Virus record (IMG/VR): IMGVR_UViG_3300029288_000001
Span: 128,001 to 192,000 of that record
Reading direction: 5' to 3' (one strand)
DNA length: 64,000 nucleotides
Source of the DNA: a virus
Lineage: Duplodnaviria > Caudoviricetes
In this document: piece by piece, positions 51,929 through 63,248 of the stretch
How positions within the stretch are numbered: position 1 is the first letter of the stretch
Layout of the letters: every line of letters begins with the position of its first letter
The notes under the pieces: model-generated
The model's input: the letters and a program-made list of their open reading frames with translations, nothing else
Database searches by the model: none
What the model was told of the DNA's origin: nothing
Position numbers and translations under genes: made by a program

Positions 51929-52342
51929 TTATCTTCCTTCTTTCTTGCAATTGATCTCCATTGGAGGGAGGTTACTCTGCGAGCTTGACACCGCGCATTT
52001 GGTGCGGGCATCGAAAGTGATCTTATAGGTGTTCTTTCCCTTATTGTTCTTACCCAGTTCCGTAGAGACCGTGTTCCCATAGGTTCTTAGATCCTTAACA
52101 TCCTCTACAGTAGCTATTATCTTGTCCTGATGTTTATCCCAATCGTAGACCGACGATGGTGGTGCTTTTAGGTCGCACTTCCATAAGGTGGTCTGGACTT
52201 CGCATTCGATAGAGCTAATAAACTTATTTTTAAGAAGAGCCTGCCAATCCCTCTCTCTATTCTCCTTTTTTCTTTCTTTATTTTCCTCTATAAGTTCTCT
52301 TTGTTTTTGCCAGAACGATTTTTCCTTTTCTTCTTCCGTCGT
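51929..52342 (-). CDS. Four-Cys family paralog with a charged N-terminus; ACG start; missed by the ORF track
   Basis: GGAGG-7 nt-ACG; (M)TEEEKEK...ISSIEC...WKCDL...TKCAV...EINC. Confidence 0.75.
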   Translation of the reverse strand, partial: TTEEEKEKSFWQKQRELIEENKERKKENRERDWQALLKNKFISSIECEVQTTLWKCDLKAPPSSVYDWDKHQDKIIATVEDVKDLRTYGNTVSTELGKNNKGKNTYKITFDARTKCAVSSSQSNLPPMEINCKKEGR

Positions 52343-52363
52343 AACTATGCCTCCTTCTTTATT

Positions 52364-52720
52364 CTACTCTTCTTTAATTTCTACATTCTTACATATGATA
52401 TTCTTAGAGTCCTTAAAAGTGCAGTTCTTTCCCTGTAGTGCGGTTCGTTTATTTGTTTTTTCGTCGAGGATCGTTAGATTAAGATTCCCTTTTAAAAGTT
52501 CCTCCGCGAGGTCGAGACCATCGTAGTAGTTGTGGAACTCGATAATGTGGTGCTTAGTTATAATCTTCGCTATTATATCACTACGCGTGTGCTCGCGCTC
52601 TACGGTAATTCCCCGCTCTAATTGAACGGAGTCGTAGTCTGCGTCGGGCTTGGTGTCTAAGAGCATGCATTTTTCTATTAAACTCTCTTCGTATTTTCTT
52701 TCTTTTTCTTTTTCTTCCAT
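52364..52720 (-). CDS. DUF5661-like protein
   Basis: QLERGITVEREHT...AKII..HH..EF..YY..L. Confidence 0.6.
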   Translation of the reverse strand: MEEKEKERKYEESLIEKCMLLDTKPDADYDSVQLERGITVEREHTRSDIIAKIITKHHIIEFHNYYDGLDLAEELLKGNLNLTILDEKTNKRTALQGKNCTFKDSKNIICKNVEIKEE

Positions 52721-52723
52721 ATT

Positions 52724-53182
52724 TTATTTTCCTCTCTTTCTCCATTTATATATTTGTTTAAGTGGATCTCCCGACCAGAGGTTGTAAGTAACAACGGTAT
52801 TCGCTAAAGGACATCCTATCTTCATTTCGTCCATAACATTACGATCCGCGTAGGCAAAATCGCTCTCCGATGCTTTACAATGATATGGATCTGTCGTTGA
52901 TGGATGCGTGTGGAAATAACTAAGGATCTGATCTTCGGCATAATCGGGGCTAAAACTCTCGTCATTCCACTCTTCTTCTTCTACTTCTCTAGTTTCCGCC
53001 GTATGTACAGATGTACAATTCCCTTCGTAAATATGAAAAACGGGCGTATCATCCTCCTCGTAGATAAACGAGTGCTCGTTTCCCGTCTTCTTCGTTTCTT
53101 CCATGCAATAGTTGATAGCTTCTTTAAGAGACATACCATACGCTGTTCTTTTGATCTTACAACTATCTTCGTCGATCATCAT
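52724..53182 (-). CDS. JAB/MPN-domain metalloprotease-like protein
   Basis: TGNEHSF...FHTHPS......SESD. Confidence 0.7.
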   Translation of the reverse strand: MMIDEDSCKIKRTAYGMSLKEAINYCMEETKKTGNEHSFIYEEDDTPVFHIYEGNCTSVHTAETREVEEEEWNDESFSPDYAEDQILSYFHTHPSTTDPYHCKASESDFAYADRNVMDEMKIGCPLANTVVTYNLWSGDPLKQIYKWRKRGK

Positions 53183-53507
53183 TTTAGATCACTCTTTATT
53201 TATCTTACATTGAACCTGCTCATAGTCTTGACACTTCTCTCTCGCGCGAACTACCATTTGAACGAGCTGGGGTATACCGTAATATAACCGATCTTTATTA
53301 TCGTCGATCCAACCCTTTACTACCTCGGGATCGTGTCCTTTAAGGATCTTGTCCACAGATAATTCGCATAAGTTCTTCATTTTTTCGCACGCGCCTTCCT
53401 TCGTCTTCGCGTCTTGCCAAGCCTTCTCGTAGGTAAACGGAAACTCTTCTAAGTCCTTTGGATCTACTGGTCCTGTAAGGATCGTAGTCAATAAATCGTC
53501 GATCGTA

Positions 53508-55571
53508 TTAATCCTCCTCTTCGTTTAGATAATCCTCGGGACTTCCCTTCTCCACGATGTCTGCGCTCTTGGGGGCTTTTAGTTTCGTCCACTCTTCTGG
53601 AGAGAATGTCCTATGATATAGGTCATAAAACGCTGGGTCTCCTCCCGATAAGACTTCTCGTAGGTTCTCCCTTCCTTCTTCCGGTCTCACGATCGCCCTA
53701 GAAAGTCCTTGGATCGAATGAAATAGCGTGTAATATTGAAGGAGTAAGTCCATGTTCGCCTGCGACAAGTATACGCGGTCTCGCACGGGCATGTAAGTCA
53801 CTTTTGGCGTAACGCCTCCACCACGCTTGCCCGAGGGCATCGCTCCTGGGAGAGACTGAATTTGGTTCAGTTCTTCCCCTCTTGGTAATTGTCTTCCTAC
53901 CTTTTTCGCAATCTTGGCTAGCGTCGCTTCCCGCTTTTCGAGTTCCTTCTTTTCGCGCATGTAATCTGTAAACGACATGTCTTTTTTATCAAATAACACT
54001 TTTAACTCTCTAAGAGTCACTTCCTCTGCCATGAGCGCATTTATCGTCGTTGCGTAATCCGCGTCGGTAAGATCGCCTCGTTCCTTCGCTTCTTTAATCG
54101 CTTCTAGATAAGAGCTCACTACATCGTGGTGGAAGATTAAATTCCAAAACAAATGATAGCACTCTTGGCGCATATCGTCTCCCGTCACGAAACTAATCCT
54201 CTCAGAGTTGTCCACATTGTCGAGCTGTTTCTTATGGATCACATTTAGCTTCTCCGCTTCCGACAAACCTTCCGTAGGCGTGGTGCGGTCTTCTAAAGAC
54301 ACCCAAGCTTTTATGATAGAAGGTAGTTCTCTAGGATCAAAGTTATCGTAGGGAGTATTCACAGGTTTATCTACGCCAAACTTTTTCATAATCTCTTTTT
54401 TTAAGGTTGGATTTAACCGATCCCACATAAACGATAACTCTTTCGTTTTCGAGTTTGGTTTATTGATTTCTATCCAGTCTTTTTTAAAGCCTATACCTCT
54501 CTCGGTAACCATGGCTTTATATATGACGGCGTGTTGGTCTCCTCTAAGGTTCACTTCCGTGCAGTATTTATATTTTCCCTTTCCAAAAATTGGGTTCAAA
54601 TATAGATCGTCGCATTTCGTTGCGCCTTTTCCTTCGCTTGTGCCTTTTATATACTCTAAGGGTTGACTTTTATTGTATTGAAGAGAGATCTGTGGCTCGG
54701 GCTCTACGATTCCACGCGAGATCACCGTATCTATTGCCTTAGCTACGGTGGAAGTTTGAAGGTAATCGTTTAAATGCGTTAGATACTTATCTACGGTAAT
54801 TCCTTTAAGCATAGCTTCGTTATCTACATCAAGAATACCCACATCCTTAAGGACTAACCTCTTATCGACCTCGTTTCCTGGAGAGTTTAACCATTTTATA
54901 GCTCTATTGTGCACGGAACGAGGATCTTCTTCGATTTCGCCTACTTTTACCTCCTTTCCAAAAACAAGCGCGTCTACATTATTGGCAACATGTGCGTGCG
55001 TAAGGTCTTGAAGGGGATATTTCATCTGATCGAAAAACTGCGTTTCCATTCCATATAATGATAAGGCACAAAACCCAAACGGTTCTTTCTTTTTCTGGGC
55101 GACATACGCTTCGGTATCAAATCCTTCGTCTAGGATTGTGCTATCCCGCTTATATATTTCCGTTTTCGTTCCCAGCACATCTACATATTGACCCGTAGGG
55201 CTATGCGATATTTTAATTTCGTCAATTAAACTCTTGCGGAACTGTTCCTTTCCATCTTCGTCCAGTTCCTTGTCCATCTTTTCTTTACACATCAACGCGA
55301 GCTGTTGACACGCTTTCGCCCGTTCGTCGTCGAAAGTAACTAACGGCTCGTTTCTATAATACGGTTCTAATTCCCGTTCCCATCGTTTTAGATCGGCGTA
55401 CCATCGCTGTTTCTTTTTCCAGTATTCGTCTTGCTGCGCAGGCGTAGCGTTCGGCTTGAACATTTCTGGCTCGATAGGAGCATCTGGGGACACTAATGGC
55501 TTACCATATTTACCGTAAAGGCATGTATTAATGAGCTTCTCGGAGGGTTTAGCCTCTTCTAACTTTACCAT
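53508..55571 (-). CDS. Large hypothetical protein, paralog of 29227-31548
   Basis: Shares the conserved blocks listed for 29227-31548. Confidence 0.85.
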   Translation of the reverse strand: MVKLEEAKPSEKLINTCLYGKYGKPLVSPDAPIEPEMFKPNATPAQQDEYWKKKQRWYADLKRWERELEPYYRNEPLVTFDDERAKACQQLALMCKEKMDKELDEDGKEQFRKSLIDEIKISHSPTGQYVDVLGTKTEIYKRDSTILDEGFDTEAYVAQKKKEPFGFCALSLYGMETQFFDQMKYPLQDLTHAHVANNVDALVFGKEVKVGEIEEDPRSVHNRAIKWLNSPGNEVDKRLVLKDVGILDVDNEAMLKGITVDKYLTHLNDYLQTSTVAKAIDTVISRGIVEPEPQISLQYNKSQPLEYIKGTSEGKGATKCDDLYLNPIFGKGKYKYCTEVNLRGDQHAVIYKAMVTERGIGFKKDWIEINKPNSKTKELSFMWDRLNPTLKKEIMKKFGVDKPVNTPYDNFDPRELPSIIKAWVSLEDRTTPTEGLSEAEKLNVIHKKQLDNVDNSERISFVTGDDMRQECYHLFWNLIFHHDVVSSYLEAIKEAKERGDLTDADYATTINALMAEEVTLRELKVLFDKKDMSFTDYMREKKELEKREATLAKIAKKVGRQLPRGEELNQIQSLPGAMPSGKRGGGVTPKVTYMPVRDRVYLSQANMDLLLQYYTLFHSIQGLSRAIVRPEEGRENLREVLSGGDPAFYDLYHRTFSPEEWTKLKAPKSADIVEKGSPEDYLNEEED

Positions 55572-55692
55572 TTATCTCAGTCTAGTCTATTCTAAGTAAT
55601 AATATGACCATAGAGGTTAATAAACTATATTATGGACATAATAAAAAAAGCTTATATAGATTGGAACCTATAGATCTAATTATAATAAATAA

Positions 55693-56040
55693 ATGCGTTT
55701 TTTCATGAATAAGCCATATTTTGTATATATTCTTCGTTGCACCGATAGTCAAGAAAAACGCACTCGAACATGTTATTACGTCGGAATAACTAACGACCTA
55801 CGACGACGCGAATTTGATCACAAAAACAAACGCGATAAAAAAACAAAGCGTTTTAAAGGACATGTGCAAATGGTTTATATAGAGAAAGTAGAAGCGTCAA
55901 GCACGAGAGAAGCGAACATAAGAGCGTGGCAACGAGAAAAACAGATGCGACAATGGACAAGCGAGAAAATCGAGTCTTTAGTACGATCGAGGCAGCGAAA
56001 AACAAACACATTCGCTAAAAACGATACGGAAGAGTGGTAG
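55693..56040 (+). CDS. GIY-YIG nuclease (YhbQ/SLX1-like)
   Basis: YFVYILRC...YYVGITNDLRRREFDH...A..RE. Confidence 0.85.
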   Translation: MRFFMNKPYFVYILRCTDSQEKRTRTCYYVGITNDLRRREFDHKNKRDKKTKRFKGHVQMVYIEKVEASSTREANIRAWQREKQMRQWTSEKIESLVRSRQRKTNTFAKNDTEEW

Positions 56041-56381
56041 GAATTATACCAAAAAACGATCCATTAAAACCTTATTTTGTGTATATTCTAGAATGTTATA
56101 GTGGTTTTTCTTCTACGATCTATTATACCGGTCTGACTAATAATATAAAAAGGCGCCTACGAGAGCACAAGAACGGTCGGTCTAGATACACGCATAGGTT
56201 TAACGGTAATATCGTGTTAATATACCTCGAAACAGGATATGGAACTCCCACCAAAAAAGCGTCCACATGGGCGTATCACCGCGAACGCGAAATAAAATCG
56301 TTTTCTAGAAAGAAAAAAGAGCAGTTAGTAGAAGATAATCAAGAAAGAACGAAACAATTGTGTAACGAATTTTTAATCTAA
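56034..56381 (+). CDS. GIY-YIG nuclease (YhbQ/SLX1-like), tandem paralog
   Basis: YFVYILEC...YYTGLTNNIKRRLREHKNG.SRYT...REREIK. Confidence 0.9.
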   Translation: MVGIIPKNDPLKPYFVYILECYSGFSSTIYYTGLTNNIKRRLREHKNGRSRYTHRFNGNIVLIYLETGYGTPTKKASTWAYHREREIKSFSRKKKEQLVEDNQERTKQLCNEFLI

Positions 56382-56486
56382 TTATTTAAAAAAAGAAAAG
56401 AAAAGAATAGGGAGGGGCTCGGCGACGGATAGTAAAAATTATTGGAGGAATAATTTTATATAAGCACAGAGCCATTGTTTGTGTTT

Positions 56487-59400
56487 TTACCGTCGCTTCG
56501 CCCTATGGATTAAATACACCATTATACCCAGCCCTGCGGCAGTGGAGCCTAGTATTCCAAGATAGCCCCACGGATATAATGGGTTGTATAAATTAACTGA
56601 AGCCGTGTATCGTTGGTCTTCTTTAATACCTTTATTTCTTAAATCGCGTATAGAAGACTCGCTGGAGGTGCAATTTAAAGACAATATCCGCCCAAGGACC
56701 GTAGCCTTGTTAACTTCGGCGTCTACTCCGCACCCTGCGTCCTTGAAATAGACGTATATCTTTTTACCTTTAAACTCGTTTACCATGTCCTGCGTAGGGG
56801 TCGCATCCTTGTTGGGAGACGGATTGAACATGATCGATACCGTAGTCCCCTTGAATTTCGCGAATCCAACGCTTGAGACCAGATATTTTGATAAACCCAT
56901 TACTTTTTCTCTCCTTCTTCTTCTTGTTTGTGACGCTCGCGTTCGCGTTCGGTCTTGAAATGTTTTAAGCCTTTATCGAGCTCCCATTTCTTTCGCACTA
57001 CGCCTCCTCTACGCTCGCTTTCCGCTCCTATACCTCTTGGAAACTCGAACTCAAGCCCAGATTCCCCTTCTCCTAGCGGCGAAGGAAAGCGCGCTTCGGG
57101 AGGAAGACCAATAACTCCTTTGGGTCCTGCCTCGCGTCTATGAAGCTCGGGAACGAATGTTCTTACCAGAATGTTAGAACAGACTAAGTTTTTCTCGTTG
57201 GGAGTATTTCCTTCGGATACCACGCACTTCGCGTGGTCGTCCACGGCGTAGGTGGTCTTGACCATGTTATATTTGTTCTTGTGATACACGCTCGTGAGCC
57301 CGCCTTCGAACTCGATCTCGTTGATACCTATAATGTGCTTCGTAGCACCAACTGGCGTTTTCTCGTCGCCATAACTGGCAATATCGCACATCCACACGTT
57401 CTTGTTCTCGATGCACTTAATCCGGCTCACATTCTCGAACTCGTCCATTCTTTCTTACACTCCTTGTAATAGAGCTTTTACCTTCTCTTGATCGATAAAC
57501 TCCGTGCGCTCGGTCCTACTGTAGGATATCCACGCGTTCTTTACCTTGGTTTTCTCGATAGTGGATAACGCGCTCCACGCTTTACTGGGATCGACGGTCG
57601 CTTTCTGAGCTACTTTTACCTTCTCGGGCTCTTTTAAGCAGCCGTATAACGCTCCAAAATTAATATATTTCTTGTTCGCAGAGTCTTTCCACGCTTGTGC
57701 CATAGTATTTTTACCTCGTTTTATTTGTTACATAATAATTTTCTAACTAATAATTTCTTATAAAAAAAATCAGAATTAAATTCTTTATTTCTTTTTCTGT
57801 TCTTTAAGAAACTTCTTCATCTTTTCCTGCGTTTCCTTCCCTTGAAAACATTGCGTGGTGGAATACCCATAATACGCGGCGATCGGAATATTAATGGACA
57901 TTACTACGCCAGAAAGCGTTTTAGCCCAAGTTTGTTTCGAAAGGGCTATTCCTAGGGCGCCTAATGCTGCCCATCCGCTAAACCACGTTGTTTGTATAAT
58001 TTTTTTCGTACAAGCCATATTTTTTCTACCTCTTATTTTATTTATTTTATTTTCCTCCTTTCATGATCGTAGCTAACATCTTACCTTTCTCGTATAAACT
58101 TACACCCATATCTTTGCACTGCTTGGCGGATTTATAGACCTTTATGCTCTTATAAGCTCCATAACCAAGCACTCCCGTGCCTCCTCCCGCCATAACTAAT
58201 CCTACGGTTCTCGTTTTCTTAAAATACGCGAGCACTAATCCCGCTATGGTCGTTGCTGCTCCTGCGATGTCCCATATACCTGCGCTTCGGGCGTGCATTG
58301 GAACCTGCACGCAATCTACCACTTTCTGCCTTACTTCCGCTACTTTCGTGCCTACTGCGCTTTTCAAACTTTCCGTGATCGCCATATTTATTGAACCTCT
58401 AGATAGTTCTCATGGGTCGTTCCCCTAATTGACATCCATCTTGCAAACCCATAATATAGTCTCGAATATATTCAAACGATCCCGTGCGATAATTAGAATC
58501 GATAAGACTCTCTTTGTCTCCTTCGTGGAGAATTAAAGTATGTTTCCATGGCGTTATATCTTTGGTGTATGTTTGTATGAAGAAAATCTCATCCAAAGGG
58601 ATGTTTATCTCTTCCGATTTAACACTCATTTTTTCTATCTCTGGTAGGTCGTCGTAAGTCCCTATTTTAATATATTCGCCTAGCTCTTTGTTAATATTAC
58701 ATTTCTCTTCGGCAACTTCTTTTAAGCTTTTTAGAATTTCTTTTTTATCGCGCATTTTATTTACCTCTTAGTAGCTAAAGATAGCCATCTTTCTCGTGGA
58801 CTGCGGATTTGGTTTAGGCATCGCTTTTCTTTCTTCCTCGGTGTGTAAGGAACTCATGATCCGTTCCTCTCCGCGGTGCAGTATAGCTTCCTCGCCTCGG
58901 TGGTAACTTACCATATCCTTGTTGGTGATGGGCGATCCAAGTGCGGGTGCTTCGAATGATGTGATCGACGCAGGTATAACTTCCGTGGTGTCCTTATTAA
59001 CGCCAATCGGATAGTTTAGTCCCATTACTGGTTCCTTGGGCACTTTTTCCCAGCTCTTGATCGGCGTGTGTATTTCCCACGCGGTTCCTCCAGAAACGGG
59101 ACGCTTTGATATCGATATACCAAGGTTCTTGTTCAATCTATAACCTAGACTCGAGTAAGTCGTAGTATTAACATCCTTAGTTCTTATTACCGGCGCGAAA
59201 AGAGCCGTTACTGCGGCGGCGCCTACTCCAATTCCTATTTTTGTTTTTTTATTCATATTTTCACTTCTTTTAATTCTTCTAACATTTATTTTATTCCATG
59301 TGATCTTTTAATTTGATTCCATTTTTCGCTAGGTTCATCTTCAAATAATTTATCGTATTCTTGAGCCCCTTGACAGAGTGCTCCTTGAATAGACTCTCGC

Positions 59401-61613
59401 GTTATTTTCAATCCTTTTATTATTCTCATTCCTCGGTTTAATCTATCTACGATAGCGTGCTCTATTGTTCTTCTATCCTTACCTATTGATTCGTGTCCAA
59501 GATATTCAATATCTCTTACACACGCATCGAACGCATCTAATGATTCCTTTCCAACAACTTGTTTACAGATAGAATCTGCGGCTACCTCTATGAAACCTTG
59601 AGCGTCGGATTGAATTGCCGAATAAATAAGACCATCGCAATAATCTTCTGTTTTTGTGGAGAGAACCTTACTCTCAGTATCTGATACTGGCTGCGCTTGG
59701 CATTTATTACAATCGATCAATAACTTATCTGGCATTTTATTTACCTCTTATTTATTATAATCCATATGACCGTTTTAATTTTTCCCATTCTCTTCTCATC
59801 TCAGCATCTCCTGTAGTTGCAGTCTTTTCAAACGCTTTTGCACCATTGCATAACGCTTGGTTAATAAGATCGTCTTCGATTGGTTTATAGGTCGTCTTAA
59901 AACGATCTGCCATCTTTGTTATATGATCCTTTATTTGTTTTACACTTCTATTTGGTCCACTAATTTCTTGTCCCGATCGCTCTACTGCGTGCCAACAATC
60001 ATTAAACTTAATAGGTGTTAAAAATCCATTGTTTTGTAGAAGCTCACACAATGGTTCGCCTATGTGCTCGACATACGCCATAGGATCGAAGTCTGTAGCT
60101 ACTTGAATTAACTTACTACATTCTTCTTTAGAATCGGCTAAACGACATTTTTCGCAGATATACTTTTCTTCTGCCATTGTTCTTACCCCTGTTTAGCTAA
60201 TTCTATTTTTACTTGATCGGTAGGCGTGGCTGTTGCAGTTGCTGTAGTTGCTACTGGTGCGGTAGCTGCGGTTGTTGCAGGCGCTGGAGTAGTCGTAGCT
60301 GCCGTTTGTGCGTTTATCGCGGCTAATTGTTTTTCTAACTCCGCTTTCTGAGCTTGGAGTCTCGCTTGTTCTTCTGCGGATGCACCGTAGTCGTAATTCG
60401 CGTCGCCATATTTCTTTAATTTATAATCGGCTAAGCTCATGTGCTTTTTCTCGGCTTCTATAGAGTCCTTCCCTTGAACATCGTTTGAGGCGTTTCTTGT
60501 TTCGTTTAATAGTTTGTTGTTTTGAGCAACGGTCTCGTTTACTTTGGCAAAGTCTGCGGCTCCTAGAGTTCCAAAGCATATTATAATGAAGAATTGTAGT
60601 GCCATAGCTGCTGCCGAATATAATTTATCGAAGAAGTTGATCCACGAGATCGTGTATCCAGACTCGAAGATAAGCCATTCTCTAAACGGATCTCCAAAAC
60701 CAGAGACGGCGGTAATTAGAATCGTGCCTATGGCAGCAAGGAAAACTTTTTTCTTGTCCACTTTCATGTATCCATTATTTTCTGTACTTTGATTTGATGA
60801 CATTTTTTAGTACCTTATAATTATTAACTTAATAACAATAGTATATACTCTTTATCTATAAAAAGTATATGGTAAGAAAAAAAGAAATAAAAAAAATTAT
60901 TTTTTGTTGTTGTTGGTAGGAAGATCCATTCTCTCTTGTCGGAGCGCGATCATATAATAGTCTCGCATAGCGTCGCTGAGGATACCTTCTAAAGTGTCCA
61001 GATACGCGCGGATCTCTTTCTCTGAGGTGGGCATTAACGCCTTCATGAACACTGCCATCGTCTCCCCCATACCCGATACGCTTCCCGACGCGAACAACAC
61101 GATCCCAAAGATCATGAGCATGATCACGAAGTCTAGCGGTGCCGGCACGTCAATAATGTCGCTCGTGGCAACTACGGTGTAAATGAAATTTAAGATAATC
61201 CACACGAACTGTCCGACGGTGATGTTGCCTTTAACAATTCGCTTTGGCATGTCGATAAAGAAACCAAGACGGGAATGGGGTTTCGCTTGCGAGATTTCTT
61301 CCCATAATCTGAAATATTTTACCCACTGCGAGGTGACTCTCCCTACGAACGATTTTATCTGGTTAAGCTTCTCCGCGTCGTTTAATGGGGTTTTCCAAAT
61401 GTCGTAGGAATGGGAAAATAACAATTTCATCTCGTTTAGCTTATCGGACGCGAGTCCTATCACGAAATAGAGATCTGTTAGTAGTCCTGCTCTGACGAAT
61501 AAGTCCCACTCGTTTATGGGAATATAATACCAATAACAGAAGGTAGTAATAGAGATCATGAACGATAAGGCAGACATGAACTTTAAACGCTTAAAATGTA
61601 AACTTTCTAGCAT
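56487..61613 (-). CDS. Block of about 11 genes rich in small membrane proteins (56487, 57785, 58047, 58768, 60183, 60897); includes a four-Cys paralog (56900-57448) and a paralog pair (59286, 59755)
   Basis: Gly/Ala-rich hydrophobic segments; the pair shares I..ALC.GA....W..[IL]KRS.G. Confidence 0.65.
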
Positions 61614-62552
61614 GAATGTATATAGGATATACGGATATTAAAACGATATAGATTAAACGCTTAATAAAAAAAGAATTAAAAAAAAGAAAAAAAAGAATAG
61701 TTATAAACTTAGCTTATTTCTTATATGGTTTTGCACAATCTTTCGCGATATCGTGGATTTGTTTACCGGTCATACCCTTAGTAACTTTGCTTTTAACACA
61801 TTGTCCTACAGGCTTACCAATGTTTTTGGCAAATTCCTTTTGGGCTTTTCCGTCACGAACCACACGAGAAACGAAAGGCTTTAAATTTTTAGATAATTTT
61901 ATTTTGCGTTGAGCGCCTTTTCCCATATTTTTTCACTTTTTATTTTATTTTTTTTTTTAAACTAATAAAAATAATTTTTTATTGTTAAACTAAGAAGAGT
62001 TAATTTCCTATATAAAGGTTGATTAAAGTTAATTTAACTAAAACTATTTTTTTTTATATATCGTCTAAAAGTCCTATTACAATATGGGTTATGGCTTTAC
62101 TGGCACATTTTGCATTTTTATTATCAATGCATTTCTCTAAGTTTTGATACTCCTGATTAAGGCTTCCTAGTCCATGTGGTAGTGTGCGACATCCATATCC
62201 TTCCATAATAACACACGCGTTTTTTAATTCTTCCATAGAGCTTTTCATAGCTTCTAACCTTTCCTTATCCCAATCTTCTTCGTCTATAGTATGTTGGATA
62301 CCTCCAACATTTCCTATAAGTCTTCTTATTTCTTCTTTATTTAATCCGCAAATATCTTTCATATTATTTTATTCCATCTCCTTCTTAATAAAGGTTATTT
62401 CCTTTTATTCTCGTCTTCGTCGTATTCGCAATCGTCCGCAAAGTCCACTATATCGCACAGAAGGGTTTCAAACTCCGTTTTTCCTTGTTTCTTCTGGCAG
62501 ACCGTAGTAATTTTCTCCCGCGCTTCCTTATCCGCACAATTTAACTTTACTT

Positions 62553-63248
62553 TCATCCTTTATACATGCACTTCCGCATTGTCGATACAATTATTGGAAA
62601 GTTCTTATCTACCTTATCCACATCTACTGCTTCTCGTATTACATTAACTATGACTCTATTTCCTAGCGTATCGTTATTTAATCGTAGATCGAAATACGCA
62701 GATTCTATACCAGACGGTCTTATACAGTCAATTACATTCTTTTTTCCCAGTCCATTTACTACATCTTGAGGGCTTGGTATACATGCCATATCCTCGCGCT
62801 TCAAAGGATGGGTATGGTAAATTGTATCCTTCTCAAGCCATTCTACATGCTCTACACATTCTTTCCCTCCTACAAAAATAATATCTACTGTTTCTCGTTT
62901 AGGAGATCTAGAATCGTCTATAAAAGCGTGTTCGTATCCAGTTTGTCTTGTTTTCTCTCTAGCTATTTCTCTTGCTTCGTTAAATGTAACTGGCTTTGGA
63001 AGTTTTATAAAACTACATTTTTGTTTTACTAGTTGCTTTTCGTATTTTTCTTTCTTTATTTGTTCTTTTGTTTCTTCTACCAACTTGTTAAAAGTTCTTT
63101 CGATCTCTTGTCTATAATATCTATTTGCTTCCTCATTAGTGCGTGGTTTCTTTATTCTAACTCTTTCTATGATCTCTTGTTTTTGTTTATCCGAGATTTC
63201 TATGTCAATACATTTTTCTGGCGTTTGTAATGTTCCTATCTTTGGCAT
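62553..63248 (-). CDS. JAB/MPN-domain protein
   Basis: TGYEHAF...YHTHPL......PSPQD. Confidence 0.7.
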   Translation of the reverse strand: MPKIGTLQTPEKCIDIEISDKQKQEIIERVRIKKPRTNEEANRYYRQEIERTFNKLVEETKEQIKKEKYEKQLVKQKCSFIKLPKPVTFNEAREIAREKTRQTGYEHAFIDDSRSPKRETVDIIFVGGKECVEHVEWLEKDTIYHTHPLKREDMACIPSPQDVVNGLGKKNVIDCIRPSGIESAYFDLRLNNDTLGNRVIVNVIREAVDVDKVDKNFPIIVSTMRKCMYKG

